Below, piece by piece: positions 38,486 through 49,221 of a stretch of 64,000 nucleotides of DNA (position 1 is the first letter of the stretch; every line of letters starts with the position of its first letter). The DNA is from Acidobacteriota bacterium (GTDB taxonomy: Bacteria; Acidobacteriota; UBA4820; DSQY01): the NCBI GenBank assembly GCA_021787565.1, contig JAJYLT010000004.1:52295-116294 (forward strand). Direction: 5' to 3'. Under the pieces are notes generated by a model, which worked only from the letters and a program-made list of their open reading frames with translations, did no database searches and was not told where the DNA came from. The position numbers were made by a program, and so were the translations under genes.

Positions 38486-40000
38486 TCACTTCATATCGGG
38501 ATAGGGCACCAACGTGACGGCGTTGCCCGGGCCGTCGAAGACCATCCGGTACCGGTTCAGGATGTCCCGTCCCAGGATGCCCCAGAGGGGAAGCGGGAAA
38601 CGCTGAGGGACTTCGGTCACGGGCGCCACGGGTTCGTGAAAGACCCGCCCCGCGAACTCCAGGGTGACCTGCTCCGCCAGCCCCGAGGAGAAAGCTCCCG
38701 AAAACCCCAGGCCGTAGAGGTTCCCGTATTTCCCCGAGTTGATGCGAATGCCGAGCTTCGGGACGTATTGGGAGGCCAGCAGGGTGTAGGGGGCCCCGGT
38801 GTCCAGCAGGAAGGGGAAGGGCCCCCGCCCCTGGAGCCTCACCTGGACGAGCGGCACGCCCTCCACCCAGAGGAGCGGCAGGGTGGTCCCCTTCTCTCCC
38901 AGGAGCTGCTCGGGCGGCGTTCCCTTGGGCCAGAGAGCGAACTTCCCGTGCCGGCGGTCATAGTACGTCACGAACCCGGCGAAGGGGGAAAGCCCCAGAT
39001 ATCCGCCCTTCTTGGTCCAGAACTCGCTGTCCCGCACGTTGATCACCGCCGGCTGCTGGGTCACGGTCATTCCGGCTATCTCCAGGCGCGAGATCACGAC
39101 GGAGCGGGACTGGCGGGGACCCTGGTAGCCCCAGCCTTCGAGGGACACGGCTCCCAGCTCGGGCAACCGAAGCTTCCGCGCCAGATCGGCGTTGACCAGG
39201 ACCGACTCGGCTCCCGTATCCAGGGCCATCCAGGTTTTCTTCCCGTTCATGACCACCTTGAGGCTGGGCTCCCTGTAGATCTCCCGGAGCTGGGTGCTTC
39301 CCGGAAACTGGGCGGGGGGGGCGATCTGTACGGGGCCCATCGGCGCCAGGGCTCCGTAAAGCCGAACCCGCTCCGCCAGGGCCTGGGAGTCGGGGCCGAT
39401 CCGGGCGATGGCCTTCAAGACCGCCAGCTTCGCCGCCGGATCATCCAGCGCCCTCACTTTCAAGGAGAGCAGATCTGCGGTGGGAGGCATGCCTTCCGCT
39501 TCGGCCTGGGAGATCAGGGACAGGGCCTCAGCCTTGCGCCCCAGACCGAGGGCGGCGTTGACCATCTTGGGAAGGGCCAGCACCCGCCACCGCTCGTCCT
39601 GCAGGACGGGCCGCCATGCCGCCAGCGCCTCCTCGGCGCGGAAGTCGAGAAAGAGACAGTCCCCATATATCAGCCGGGCTTCCGGGTCGGCGGGCGAACG
39701 CTCCGCCGTCTCCTTGGCCGCCGCGAGGGCCTCGATCCACCGCCCCCCCTCCACCAGGCTCTTGACCCAGGCGGCACGCAGGCCGAGGTCATCGGGCTTC
39801 CGCCTGACCTCCAGCTCCAGCTCGGCCGCGGCATCGTCGAAGCGCCCCTCCCGGAGAAGGGCTAGCCCGCCGGAGGGGGCAGGGGTCTGGGAAGCCAGAC
39901 TCACGGCCACCGCGACAAGAATCGCCCCGGCCAGACACCGATGCCCGCCAGCAGCCATGACCACTCTCCGTCGGACGGAAACTACTCCGTCTATGAGCAT
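38486..40000 (-). CDS. TPR-like N-terminal region + tandem retropepsin-like aspartic protease domains, secreted
   Basis: The likely start is the ATG at 40000 with RBS GGGGGAG. A signal-anchor (CLAGAILVAVAVSLA) and a helical repeat region are followed by LDTGAES and LLDTGAP aspartyl motifs. It is a paralogue of the partial gene at 2..751. The track ORF (766 aa) runs far upstream into repeat DNA. Confidence 0.7.
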   Translation of the reverse strand: MLIDGVVSVRRRVVMAAGGHRCLAGAILVAVAVSLASQTPAPSGGLALLREGRFDDAAAELELEVRRKPDDLGLRAAWVKSLVEGGRWIEALAAAKETAERSPADPEARLIYGDCLFLDFRAEEALAAWRPVLQDERWRVLALPKMVNAALGLGRKAEALSLISQAEAEGMPPTADLLSLKVRALDDPAAKLAVLKAIARIGPDSQALAERVRLYGALAPMGPVQIAPPAQFPGSTQLREIYREPSLKVVMNGKKTWMALDTGAESVLVNADLARKLRLPELGAVSLEGWGYQGPRQSRSVVISRLEIAGMTVTQQPAVINVRDSEFWTKKGGYLGLSPFAGFVTYYDRRHGKFALWPKGTPPEQLLGEKGTTLPLLWVEGVPLVQVRLQGRGPFPFLLDTGAPYTLLASQYVPKLGIRINSGKYGNLYGLGFSGAFSSGLAEQVTLEFAGRVFHEPVAPVTEVPQRFPLPLWGILGRDILNRYRMVFDGPGNAVTLVPYPDMK

Positions 40001-40092
40001 TGTAGCTCCCCCATGGCTGTACAAGACTATTTCAACTCGCGCTTGTGCGGTTTGCCTTCCGGAGCAAAGCGGAGGAAGGCGCGTCCCGGCCC

Positions 40093-40250
40093 GTCGCGCG
40101 GGGGCGCTCCCCAAGGAGGGGCTCGGCCGCCCCTCCTCGGCGCTCCCCTGGCGCGCGCCAGGGGAGCTGCTCTTCCCTGCCCTTGCGGGGGTGGCCCTCT
40201 GAGCGGGGAAACCTCCCCGTTTCCCCGCACCCCTTCGACCGGCGTCGTCC
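40093..40250. repeat. second copy of the ~175-bp three-hairpin GC-rich element
   Basis: It shares GTCGCGC.GG.GGCGCTCCCCAAGGAGGGGCTCGGCCGCCCCTCCTCGGCGCTCCC and GAGCGGGGAAACCTCCCCGTTTCCCCGCACCCC with 30016-30190. Confidence 0.75.
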
Positions 40251-40758
40251 CTTCGCTTTTCGCTGCAAGCGAAAAGCGGCGTCCCGGCGCCGATGGGCCT
40301 CATGCAAGGAAGCCGAGGCGGCCGCACCGGAAGCGTACTCCCTGTACGCTGAGGATGCGGACGCCGAAGGCTGACGAAGCAGGAGGTCCGTCGCCGCCGG
40401 CGCACCCGTGGAGGGTGGGGGGACGGTGTACGCCAGGAAAGGCCGGGCCTGGCGCCCGAAGGGCTGCTGAGGGACTGCGGACGGAGCGCGGCCACGCTGG
40501 CGTGGTCGCGCCCGTCAAAGGCCCCCAGCGCCGCGCCAACGGCGCGGCCAAGGCCCGGCCGTGGTTCGGAGCCGGCAAGGTGGCCCATTTTGGACGGGCA
40601 TGTAGCTCCTCGCAGATCGCAGGTTCGGCTCTTCCGACGGTTGGCAAAACCCTGACGAGGTGGTACTTTGTTCCGACCGAGAACCGGGGCCTGGCTGGGG
40701 CGGCCCGCGGACCGGGACCCCGCAGACCCACTCGCGGCTTCGAAGCAGGGAGGATCCC

Positions 40759-42180
40759 ATGCCCGTTCGCGTCCGCTTCGCTCCATCCCCCACCGGCTAC
40801 CTCCACGTGGGGGGCGCCCGCACGGCGCTCATCAACTGGCTCTACGCCCGCAGGCACGGCGGCGCGTTCATCCTGCGCATCGAGGACACGGACGAGGCCC
40901 GCTCCACGCCCGAGATGACCCAGGCCATCCTGGACGGCCTGAGTTGGCTCGGCATCGCGTGGGACGAGGGCCCCTTCTTCCAGAGCGGGCGCCAGGCCCT
41001 CTATCGCGAAAACGCGAACAAGCTCCTCTCCTCCGGCCACGCCTACCGCTGCTTTTGCAGCAAGGAGGCTCTTGATTCGCGGCGCAACGCCAGCGGCAAA
41101 CCCGCCGAGTGGAAGTACGACCGGCTCTGTCGCGCGATTCCCAGGGAGGAATCGGACCGCCGCGCCGCCGCGGGCGAGCCCTTCGTCGTCCGCTGCGACG
41201 TGCCCAAGGGCAAACTCGCCTGGGACGACGTGGTGAAGGGACGCATCGAATTCGACAGCTCGGAGGTGGAAGACTTCGTGCTCCTCCGATCGGACGGCAC
41301 TCCCACTTATCACCTGTCGGTGGTGAGCGACGACGTCGCGATGGGGATGACGCACGTGATCCGCGGCGAGGACCACATCAGCAACACGCCCAAGCAGATC
41401 GCCCTCTACGAGGGGCTCGGCGTGGAGCCGCCCGTCTTCGGGCACCTGCCGCTCATCCTGGGCATGGACAAGAAGAAACTCTCCAAGCGCCACGGCACGG
41501 TCTCCGTGCTCTCCTACAGGGACGAAGGCATCCTGCCCCTGGCGCTCTTCAACTTCCTGGCCCAGCTCGGCGCCAACCTCGGCGAGGAGCCCTTCCTCAC
41601 CATGACCGAGGTCATCCGCCGATTCGACTTCTCGGCCCTCAAGAACTCGGCCTCGGTCTTCGACCGCGAGCGGCTCGCCTTCATCAATGCCAAGGTCATG
41701 GGAGAAACCTCTCCTTGCGAACTGGCCGTGGTCCTGAGGCCCTTTCTGGAAGCCCTCTTGCCCGCCGGTCCCGAGCCCGGGGAGGCCGCGGTCAGGGTCA
41801 TGGCCACCCGGGCCAAGGACCTGCGCGAGCTGGCGGCCATGCTGGTGCCCTTCCTGACCCTCGATTTCCCCCTCGACCCGAAGGGGCTGGAAAAGGCGCG
41901 GAAAGACCCCGGCGCCCTCGCCGCGCTGGAAGGCCTGCTGCCCAGGCTGGAAGGCCTTGCCGAGGACGAGTGGGGCCCGGCCAAGCTGGAGGAGGTGCTC
42001 CGCGGCCACGCCGAGGCCTCCGGCGTCAAGGCCGGCGCCCTCATCCACCCCTGCCGCCTGTTCCTCACCGGCCGCACCGAGAGCCCCGGCATCTTCGACG
42101 TCCTGGCCGCCATGGGACGCCCGGGGACACTGGCTCGCCTGAAAAGGGGGCTCGACTCGGTGAGCGCGGCCGGGGGGTGA
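40759..42180 (+). CDS. gltX: glutamate--tRNA ligase
   Basis: MPVRVRFAPSPTGYLHVGGARTALINWLYARRHGGAFILRIEDTD (HIGH-type motif) and KLSKRHG (KMSKS). The ATG at 40759 has RBS AGGGAGG. Confidence 0.92.
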   Translation: MPVRVRFAPSPTGYLHVGGARTALINWLYARRHGGAFILRIEDTDEARSTPEMTQAILDGLSWLGIAWDEGPFFQSGRQALYRENANKLLSSGHAYRCFCSKEALDSRRNASGKPAEWKYDRLCRAIPREESDRRAAAGEPFVVRCDVPKGKLAWDDVVKGRIEFDSSEVEDFVLLRSDGTPTYHLSVVSDDVAMGMTHVIRGEDHISNTPKQIALYEGLGVEPPVFGHLPLILGMDKKKLSKRHGTVSVLSYRDEGILPLALFNFLAQLGANLGEEPFLTMTEVIRRFDFSALKNSASVFDRERLAFINAKVMGETSPCELAVVLRPFLEALLPAGPEPGEAAVRVMATRAKDLRELAAMLVPFLTLDFPLDPKGLEKARKDPGALAALEGLLPRLEGLAEDEWGPAKLEEVLRGHAEASGVKAGALIHPCRLFLTGRTESPGIFDVLAAMGRPGTLARLKRGLDSVSAAGG

Positions 42181-42316
42181 GGGATAGAATCGGAGAGACA
42201 GGGGAAACAGAGAAGAAACGAAGAAGAGGGTAGTCGCCCGCGCCCGGGCCCTTCCACCGAACATTGGACATCGATGTGCCGCCCTCCGACTCGGCCCTTC
42301 GCTCCCGCCCTTCCGT

Positions 42317-43309
42317 TCAGAAGCGGCACCCCAGCCCGACCAGGAAGACGTCCGTGTCCCGGCTGTACCCCGTGACGATCCGGTTCCAGTGGGCGGGGAT
42401 CTCCCACCGGTCGTTGATCCGGTAGGCCATGCGCAGGGTGACGATGCCGGCGAGCGTCCCTCCGGGCACCAGCTCGGTGGACGAGGGCGGGCGGCGCTTA
42501 TCGATGGCGACGTAGGCCCCGCCTCCCGCGCCGAGGACGAGGTGGTTTCCAAGAAAGGCGCGCACGGCCTGGATCTCGGCGATGAGGCCGTTTCGCCGGA
42601 CCACGCGGCTGTCGCCCTCGTTCAGCCAGGCGATGGAGGCGTCCCAGTAGCGGCCGATGCCCCGCCGGTACTCGAAGCTGGAGGCGATGGACGACTGGGA
42701 GTGAAAGCTGTTGACGATGGTCTGGCCGGCGAAGAGGGTGACCTCGTTGCGCGTGGTCCACTCCGCCTGGTGGGGCGGCCTGGGTCGGGGGCCCGGCGCG
42801 GACGGCGCGGAGAGCTGGTAGCCGATCCCCAGCACGGCGGACCAGGCGTCGAAACTGTGCGCGGCCTGGATCCAGTTCATCCTGGCCTGGAGGAGCCATC
42901 GGCTCCGCGTGTACCAAGTGGCGCTGAGACTCTCGATGGCGCCCCAGCCGTGGACGTCCGAATAGGAGCCGCCGTGCGCGGCCTCCGTGGTATCGAAATA
43001 GCGGTAGATTCCGCCCCCTGCGGCCAGAGCGAGCCGCCGGTGGAAGACGGTCAGCCGCCCCCAGTACTGGAAGGCGTTGCCGTCCCGGTGGTGGTAGGGA
43101 AAGTGGCCCTCGTTCATCCAGGCCACGCTGAAGGCCGTGTGCTCGCTCACCCCTTGCAGATATTCAATGGCCCACGCGTAGGAGTTGTCGTGAATCTTCC
43201 CGTCCCGGGTCGCTCCGCCCAGCAGCGAGAGCTCCTGGGCCTTCGGGTGAGGGCCCGCGGCCAGGAAGAGGATCAGACCCAAGGTCGTCGTCAGGATCGC
43301 CCGCTTCAT
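42317..43309 (-). CDS. outer-membrane beta-barrel protein with internal duplication, unknown function
   Basis: Signal peptide MKRAILTTTLGLILFLAAG. It has an alternating hydrophobic pattern and two similar halves (AFSVAWMNEGH / DASIAWLNEGD). The C-terminal residue is Phe (LGCRF). Confidence 0.6.
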   Translation of the reverse strand: MKRAILTTTLGLILFLAAGPHPKAQELSLLGGATRDGKIHDNSYAWAIEYLQGVSEHTAFSVAWMNEGHFPYHHRDGNAFQYWGRLTVFHRRLALAAGGGIYRYFDTTEAAHGGSYSDVHGWGAIESLSATWYTRSRWLLQARMNWIQAAHSFDAWSAVLGIGYQLSAPSAPGPRPRPPHQAEWTTRNEVTLFAGQTIVNSFHSQSSIASSFEYRRGIGRYWDASIAWLNEGDSRVVRRNGLIAEIQAVRAFLGNHLVLGAGGGAYVAIDKRRPPSSTELVPGGTLAGIVTLRMAYRINDRWEIPAHWNRIVTGYSRDTDVFLVGLGCRF

Positions 43310-43468
43310 CTTTCCTCCATGCTTCCGCCACCCTGGGAGCATAAGGCTCGTCCACTGGACACCTGTCCCGACTGAGCCCCGTTCCCGCTTTGATCTTCAT
43401 TGCAGAATAACAATGCACCGTCGCGATTTCTTTCGCCTCGGCCCCCACAGCCGACCAATCATGATGGC

Positions 43469-44038
43469 CTAGGAAAGGCCATGCTCCAGAAGGATGCTGA
43501 TGCCGATGGCGATGAGGACCAGTCCTCCGAGGATGTCGGCCACCATCGGGAGCATGCGCAGTCGCATGAGGGCCCTCCCGGCATGGACGCCGGCGGCGGT
43601 GATGCAGGCGGTGACCACACCGATGGTCAGCGCGGGCCACCAGATGGAGACGTTCAGGAGCGAAAGGCTGAAGCCCACGGCGAGGGCATCGATGCTCGTC
43701 GCGAGGGAGAGCAGCATGAGGGTGAAGCCTCTGGTCGGATCCTGAGCCTCGGCCCCCTCGTCTTTCGGTCTCAGTCCCGCAAAGACCATCCGGCCCCCGA
43801 TGAATCCGAGGAGCCAGAAGGCCACCCAGTGATCGTAGGCCTGAATGAAGCGCACCACCGCCAGGCCCGAGGCCCAACCCACCACCGGCATGAGGGCTTG
43901 GAAGAGGCCGAAGTGCCAGGCGAGTCGGAAGGTCTGGCGGTGGGAGACCAGCCGGAGCGACGCGCCCGTCGCCACCGCCACCACCAGGGCGTCCATGGAG
44001 AGCGCCACAGCCAGAGCCAGAACGGTCCACAGATCCAC
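43469..44038 (-). CDS. mntP: manganese efflux pump MntP family
   Basis: GTG start. LALAVALSMDALVVAV and LLSLATSIDALAVGFSL are the duplicated DUF204 motifs. 189 aa with 6 TM helices. Confidence 0.8.
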   Translation of the reverse strand: MDLWTVLALAVALSMDALVVAVATGASLRLVSHRQTFRLAWHFGLFQALMPVVGWASGLAVVRFIQAYDHWVAFWLLGFIGGRMVFAGLRPKDEGAEAQDPTRGFTLMLLSLATSIDALAVGFSLSLLNVSIWWPALTIGVVTACITAAGVHAGRALMRLRMLPMVADILGGLVLIAIGISILLEHGLS

Positions 44039-44141
44039 TCGCTCCTCCTGAGTTAGAGAGGCGAGACGTGAGGTGCGAGATGCGAGACACGAGGCGCGAA
44101 TCGCAAGGAAGACGCTGAAGGCTCAGAGCGAAGGGAGGGGC

Positions 44142-45869
<1,728 letters not shown>

Positions 45870-46008
45870 CTTCCATCCCCGTTCAGCAGCGGAACCCCTG
45901 TCCGCCATGGAAATGGAATTCTATCACCAAACGGTCCCGGAGTCGGGCAGCGCCGGGAGGCCCGATCCTGCTTTCTCTCCCCTGTGGGTGGGCGGCTGGT
46001 TGCGGCCG

Positions 46009-46407
46009 TCATCCATCCGGCGCCATTCTGGCCCAGATCTGGCGGAGCGTGTGGGCCAGGGTCATGGGGTCGAAGGGCTTCACGAGGACGTCCAGGGCCC
46101 CCTCCCCCCGCAGCCTGGCCACCTCCTCCTGCTGGATCTTGGCCGTCATGAAAACCACCGGGATGGCCTCGGTTTGGGGGTCCCCCCGGAGCCTCCTCAG
46201 CGTCGTCACGCCGTCCATGTCCGGCATCATCACGTCCAGGAGGATCAGGTCGGGATGGAACGTCCGAGCCAGGTGCATGGCCTCCTCGCCCGTGCCGCAC
46301 GTCTCCATCTCGAAGCCTCCCACGCCCTCCAGGGCCAGCCGGGCTATGGCCTGGATGTCGGCGTCATCCTCGACGTGCAGGATCCGGAGCAGGGAGGAGG
46401 CGCTCAC
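46009..46407 (-). CDS. single-domain response regulator (CheY-like receiver)
   Basis: ILHVEDDADI...DLILLDVMMPDMDG...VVFMTAK...KPF. Confidence 0.85.
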   Translation of the reverse strand: MSASSLLRILHVEDDADIQAIARLALEGVGGFEMETCGTGEEAMHLARTFHPDLILLDVMMPDMDGVTTLRRLRGDPQTEAIPVVFMTAKIQQEEVARLRGEGALDVLVKPFDPMTLAHTLRQIWARMAPDG

Positions 46408-46410
46408 GAT

Positions 46411-49221
46411 CTACTCCTCGACCTTCGATCCGGCCCGCGCCGACCCTTCCTGGGCCTGGATCAAGGCGTGCAGCGCAGCCACCAGATCCTGGTGGGTGCC
46501 CCTGGACTTGACGAGCGCGGCGTTGACCTTCCTCGCCATCTCCCGCGGCGACTCGGCCGCCGAGAAGACGATGACCGGAACGGCCCTGCCGTCGGGCGCC
46601 TTGAGCTGCGGCAGCAGGTCCAGGCCCACGCCGTCGGGCAAGTCGAGATCGAGGATCGCGGCGTCGAACCGCTCCCTCGCCAGCAGCTTTTCCGCTTCCC
46701 CCAGGCTCCGGGCCGACACCATTTCGGCTTCGCCGGCGAGCACCACGGCCAGCACGCGCACCACGTCTGGGTCGTCCTCCACGTGGAGGATTCGGGGCTT
46801 GCCCGCGACCCAGCCCTTGCGCGCGGCCAGGCGGATGGTCTCCGCGAGCCTCGCCCGCTCCAGCGGAGGACTCAGCCAGTCCAGGATGAGCAGGGCCTCA
46901 CCCTCCATTCGCTCGGAGGGACCTGGGCTCTGCCCGGAGACCATGACCACGGGGAGCGATCGGCCCGAGGCGCTGGATCGCAGGTTGCGCACGAAGGTGA
47001 GGCCGTCCCCGTCGGGGAGTTCTGGGCTCATCAGGAGGGCCGCGTATTGCGACTGCTCGATCAGGCCCCTGGCCTCCCAGGCCGTGGCCGCTCTCTCCAC
47101 CGTGTAGCCCTCCTGCGTGAGGGCCTCCTGGAAGCGCCGACTGGCCCGGGCATCGTTGACGCACACCAGGACCGGCCTCCTCGCCCCGCCTGGAGAGGGG
47201 CTCGGGCCATCCAGGGATGGAGCGACGGGAAGGTCCACATGGAAGGTCGTGCCCCGCCCGACCTCGGTCTCGAACCCGATCCGCCCCCCCATGTGCTCCA
47301 CGATCGCCTTGCTGATGCTCAGGCCGAGGCCCGTTCCGCCCTTCTGCCTCGCATCCGAAGCGTCGGCCTGGGCGAAGCGCTGAAAGATCCGTTCGCGGAA
47401 TTCCTCCCGAATGCCCGGTCCGTGATCCGCCACCGAGATTCGCACCCACCCTTCCGCGGCATTCACCGATACGTCCACCGTGCCGCCCGAGGGGGAGAAC
47501 TTGCAGGCGTTGGAGAGGAGGTTGGCCAGCACCTGGGCCAACCGGTTGGGATCGGCCAGGACCTGGCTGCCGGGCGCCGCCTGGGCCAACACGAGCCGCA
47601 CGCCGTACTGGTCGGCGTAGGCCTGGTTGGAGGCCAGCGCCAGCTCGACGTTGGCCATGACGGTCAGAGGCTGGATCGCGAATTCCATCCGTCCCGATTC
47701 GATCTTTTCCATGTCCAGGATGTCGTTGATGAGGAGGATGAGCCGCTCGCTGTTCTTCAGGGCGATACGGACCAGTTCGCCGGCCTTGTCGGGGAGAGGA
47801 CCCGCCGCGCCGCCCGCCAGCAGCCCGAGGGAGCCGCGGATGGAGGTGAGTGGCGTGCGCAGTTCATGGCTGACGGTGGAGACGAATTCCCGCTTCAGCC
47901 GCTCCACCTCCTTCAGTTGCGTGAGGTCCCGCACGTTGCCGGCGAACCGCCTGCCCTGGATCGTCTGGAACTCGAAGAGGGAGACCTCCACGGGAAAGAC
48001 GCTACCGTTCTTGCGCCGCGCCTCCCACTCCGTGACGCGACCCACGGCCTGCCGGTGGGTCCGCCGCAGATACTCCTTGGGGTCACCCTCCACCGTCTCG
48101 GGCAGAAGGAGAGAGAGGTGCTGGCCCACGAGTTCCTCCTCCGTATAGCCGAACATGCGCTGGGCGGCGGGATTGACGAGCTCGATGACCCCCTCCTCCG
48201 TGATGGTCACGAGACCGCCCAGGAGCTGCTCGATGATGGCGCGGGTTCGGACTTCGCTGTCCCTGAGGGCCTCCTCGGCCCGCCTGCGCTCCGTGATGTC
48301 TTCGGCGGTGCCCACGTAGCCCTGGACTTTGCCCACTTCCGACCGCACGGCGGCCGCCCTCGCCAGCACCCACCGCACCTCCCCGTCGGGGCGGCGGAAA
48401 CGGAACTCGTGGATCATTTCCTCGTCCCAGAGCAGCGCCCGCCGCCACGCCATGAGGAGTTCGTCCTGGTCGTCCGGATGGACGGCCCTGATCCAGCCCA
48501 CGCCCAGGCTCTCCTCTGGATCCAGCCCCGTGATTTCGCACCATCGAGGGTTCGTGTAGAGGCACAGCCCCTCCGCGTCCGTTTGGAAGACCCCCACGGG
48601 CGAAGCGGTGGAGAGCGTGCGGAAGCGCTCCTCGCTCTCGCGCAGCGCCTGTTCTTGCCGGCGGGTCTCGGTGATGTCCCTTCCGATCCAGAGGAAGCCC
48701 GAGGGAAGGCCCTTGGCATCGTAAAGCGCGCTGATCGAACAGAGTACGAGAAGCGCCGATCCGTCCTTGCGCACCCAGGTCCACTCGCGCTCCCCGGCGA
48801 GGCCGGCCCTGGCCAGATCGGCAAAGATGCCGAAGCCCCGCACCGGCCTCCCTAGGCGCCGGGCCAGGCCGCGTCCGCACTCCTCCACCTCTTCGCCGCG
48901 ATGAAAGATCAGCGGCGATGCCTCGCCCACGACCTCTTGCGCGGTGTAACCCAGCATCCGCTCTGCTCCGCGGTTGAAGAGGTTGATGGTGCCCGCGGGG
49001 TCGGTGGCGATGACGGCCAGCTCGGTCGCGGCATTCAGGACGGCCCCCAGCCGCTCCGTGGAGTCCGCCAGGGCCTCCTCGGCGGACCGGGAGACCGAAG
49101 CGTCGCGAAGGATGCCGTCCGTGGCCTGCCTCAGGATGGCCCTGAGCCTCGCTTCGCTCTTTCGGAGGCGAGCCAGGTCCTCCCGCCGGTCGAGGCCTTC
49201 GTGAGAGGAGGGGCGCTTCAC
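46411..49221 (-). CDS. hybrid sensor histidine kinase (multiple PAS + HisKA + HATPase_c + two receiver domains)
   Basis: Several PAS-like repeats, the H-box VSHELRTPLTSI, the G-boxes GTGLGLSISK, then two receiver modules (VLVCVND..., ILHVEDDPDV...). Confidence 0.9.
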   Translation of the reverse strand: MKRPSSHEGLDRREDLARLRKSEARLRAILRQATDGILRDASVSRSAEEALADSTERLGAVLNAATELAVIATDPAGTINLFNRGAERMLGYTAQEVVGEASPLIFHRGEEVEECGRGLARRLGRPVRGFGIFADLARAGLAGEREWTWVRKDGSALLVLCSISALYDAKGLPSGFLWIGRDITETRRQEQALRESEERFRTLSTASPVGVFQTDAEGLCLYTNPRWCEITGLDPEESLGVGWIRAVHPDDQDELLMAWRRALLWDEEMIHEFRFRRPDGEVRWVLARAAAVRSEVGKVQGYVGTAEDITERRRAEEALRDSEVRTRAIIEQLLGGLVTITEEGVIELVNPAAQRMFGYTEEELVGQHLSLLLPETVEGDPKEYLRRTHRQAVGRVTEWEARRKNGSVFPVEVSLFEFQTIQGRRFAGNVRDLTQLKEVERLKREFVSTVSHELRTPLTSIRGSLGLLAGGAAGPLPDKAGELVRIALKNSERLILLINDILDMEKIESGRMEFAIQPLTVMANVELALASNQAYADQYGVRLVLAQAAPGSQVLADPNRLAQVLANLLSNACKFSPSGGTVDVSVNAAEGWVRISVADHGPGIREEFRERIFQRFAQADASDARQKGGTGLGLSISKAIVEHMGGRIGFETEVGRGTTFHVDLPVAPSLDGPSPSPGGARRPVLVCVNDARASRRFQEALTQEGYTVERAATAWEARGLIEQSQYAALLMSPELPDGDGLTFVRNLRSSASGRSLPVVMVSGQSPGPSERMEGEALLILDWLSPPLERARLAETIRLAARKGWVAGKPRILHVEDDPDVVRVLAVVLAGEAEMVSARSLGEAEKLLARERFDAAILDLDLPDGVGLDLLPQLKAPDGRAVPVIVFSAAESPREMARKVNAALVKSRGTHQDLVAALHALIQAQEGSARAGSKVEE

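Noticed and set aside
40434-40448. RNase P RNA-like box (CAGGAAAGGCCGGGC)
   Set aside because: This is only a partial match to the GAGGAAAGTCCGGGC P4 region. None of the other conserved RNase P elements (for example the ACAGAAA region) is visible nearby.
40596-40634. tRNA-like fragment GGGCATGTAGCTC...AGGTTCGGCTCTTCC in the gltX upstream spacer
   Set aside because: It resembles an acceptor/D-arm start joined to a T-arm, but it has no anticodon arm and no complementary 3' acceptor strand, so it cannot form a cloverleaf. At best it is a decayed tRNA remnant, and chance similarity is not excluded.
44039-44141. yybP-ykoY manganese riboswitch upstream of mntP
   Set aside because: The spacer consists of a period-7 microsatellite. 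It lacks the conserved GGGGAGTAG-type core and the four-way junction segments I would expect. An Rfam scan would settle it.
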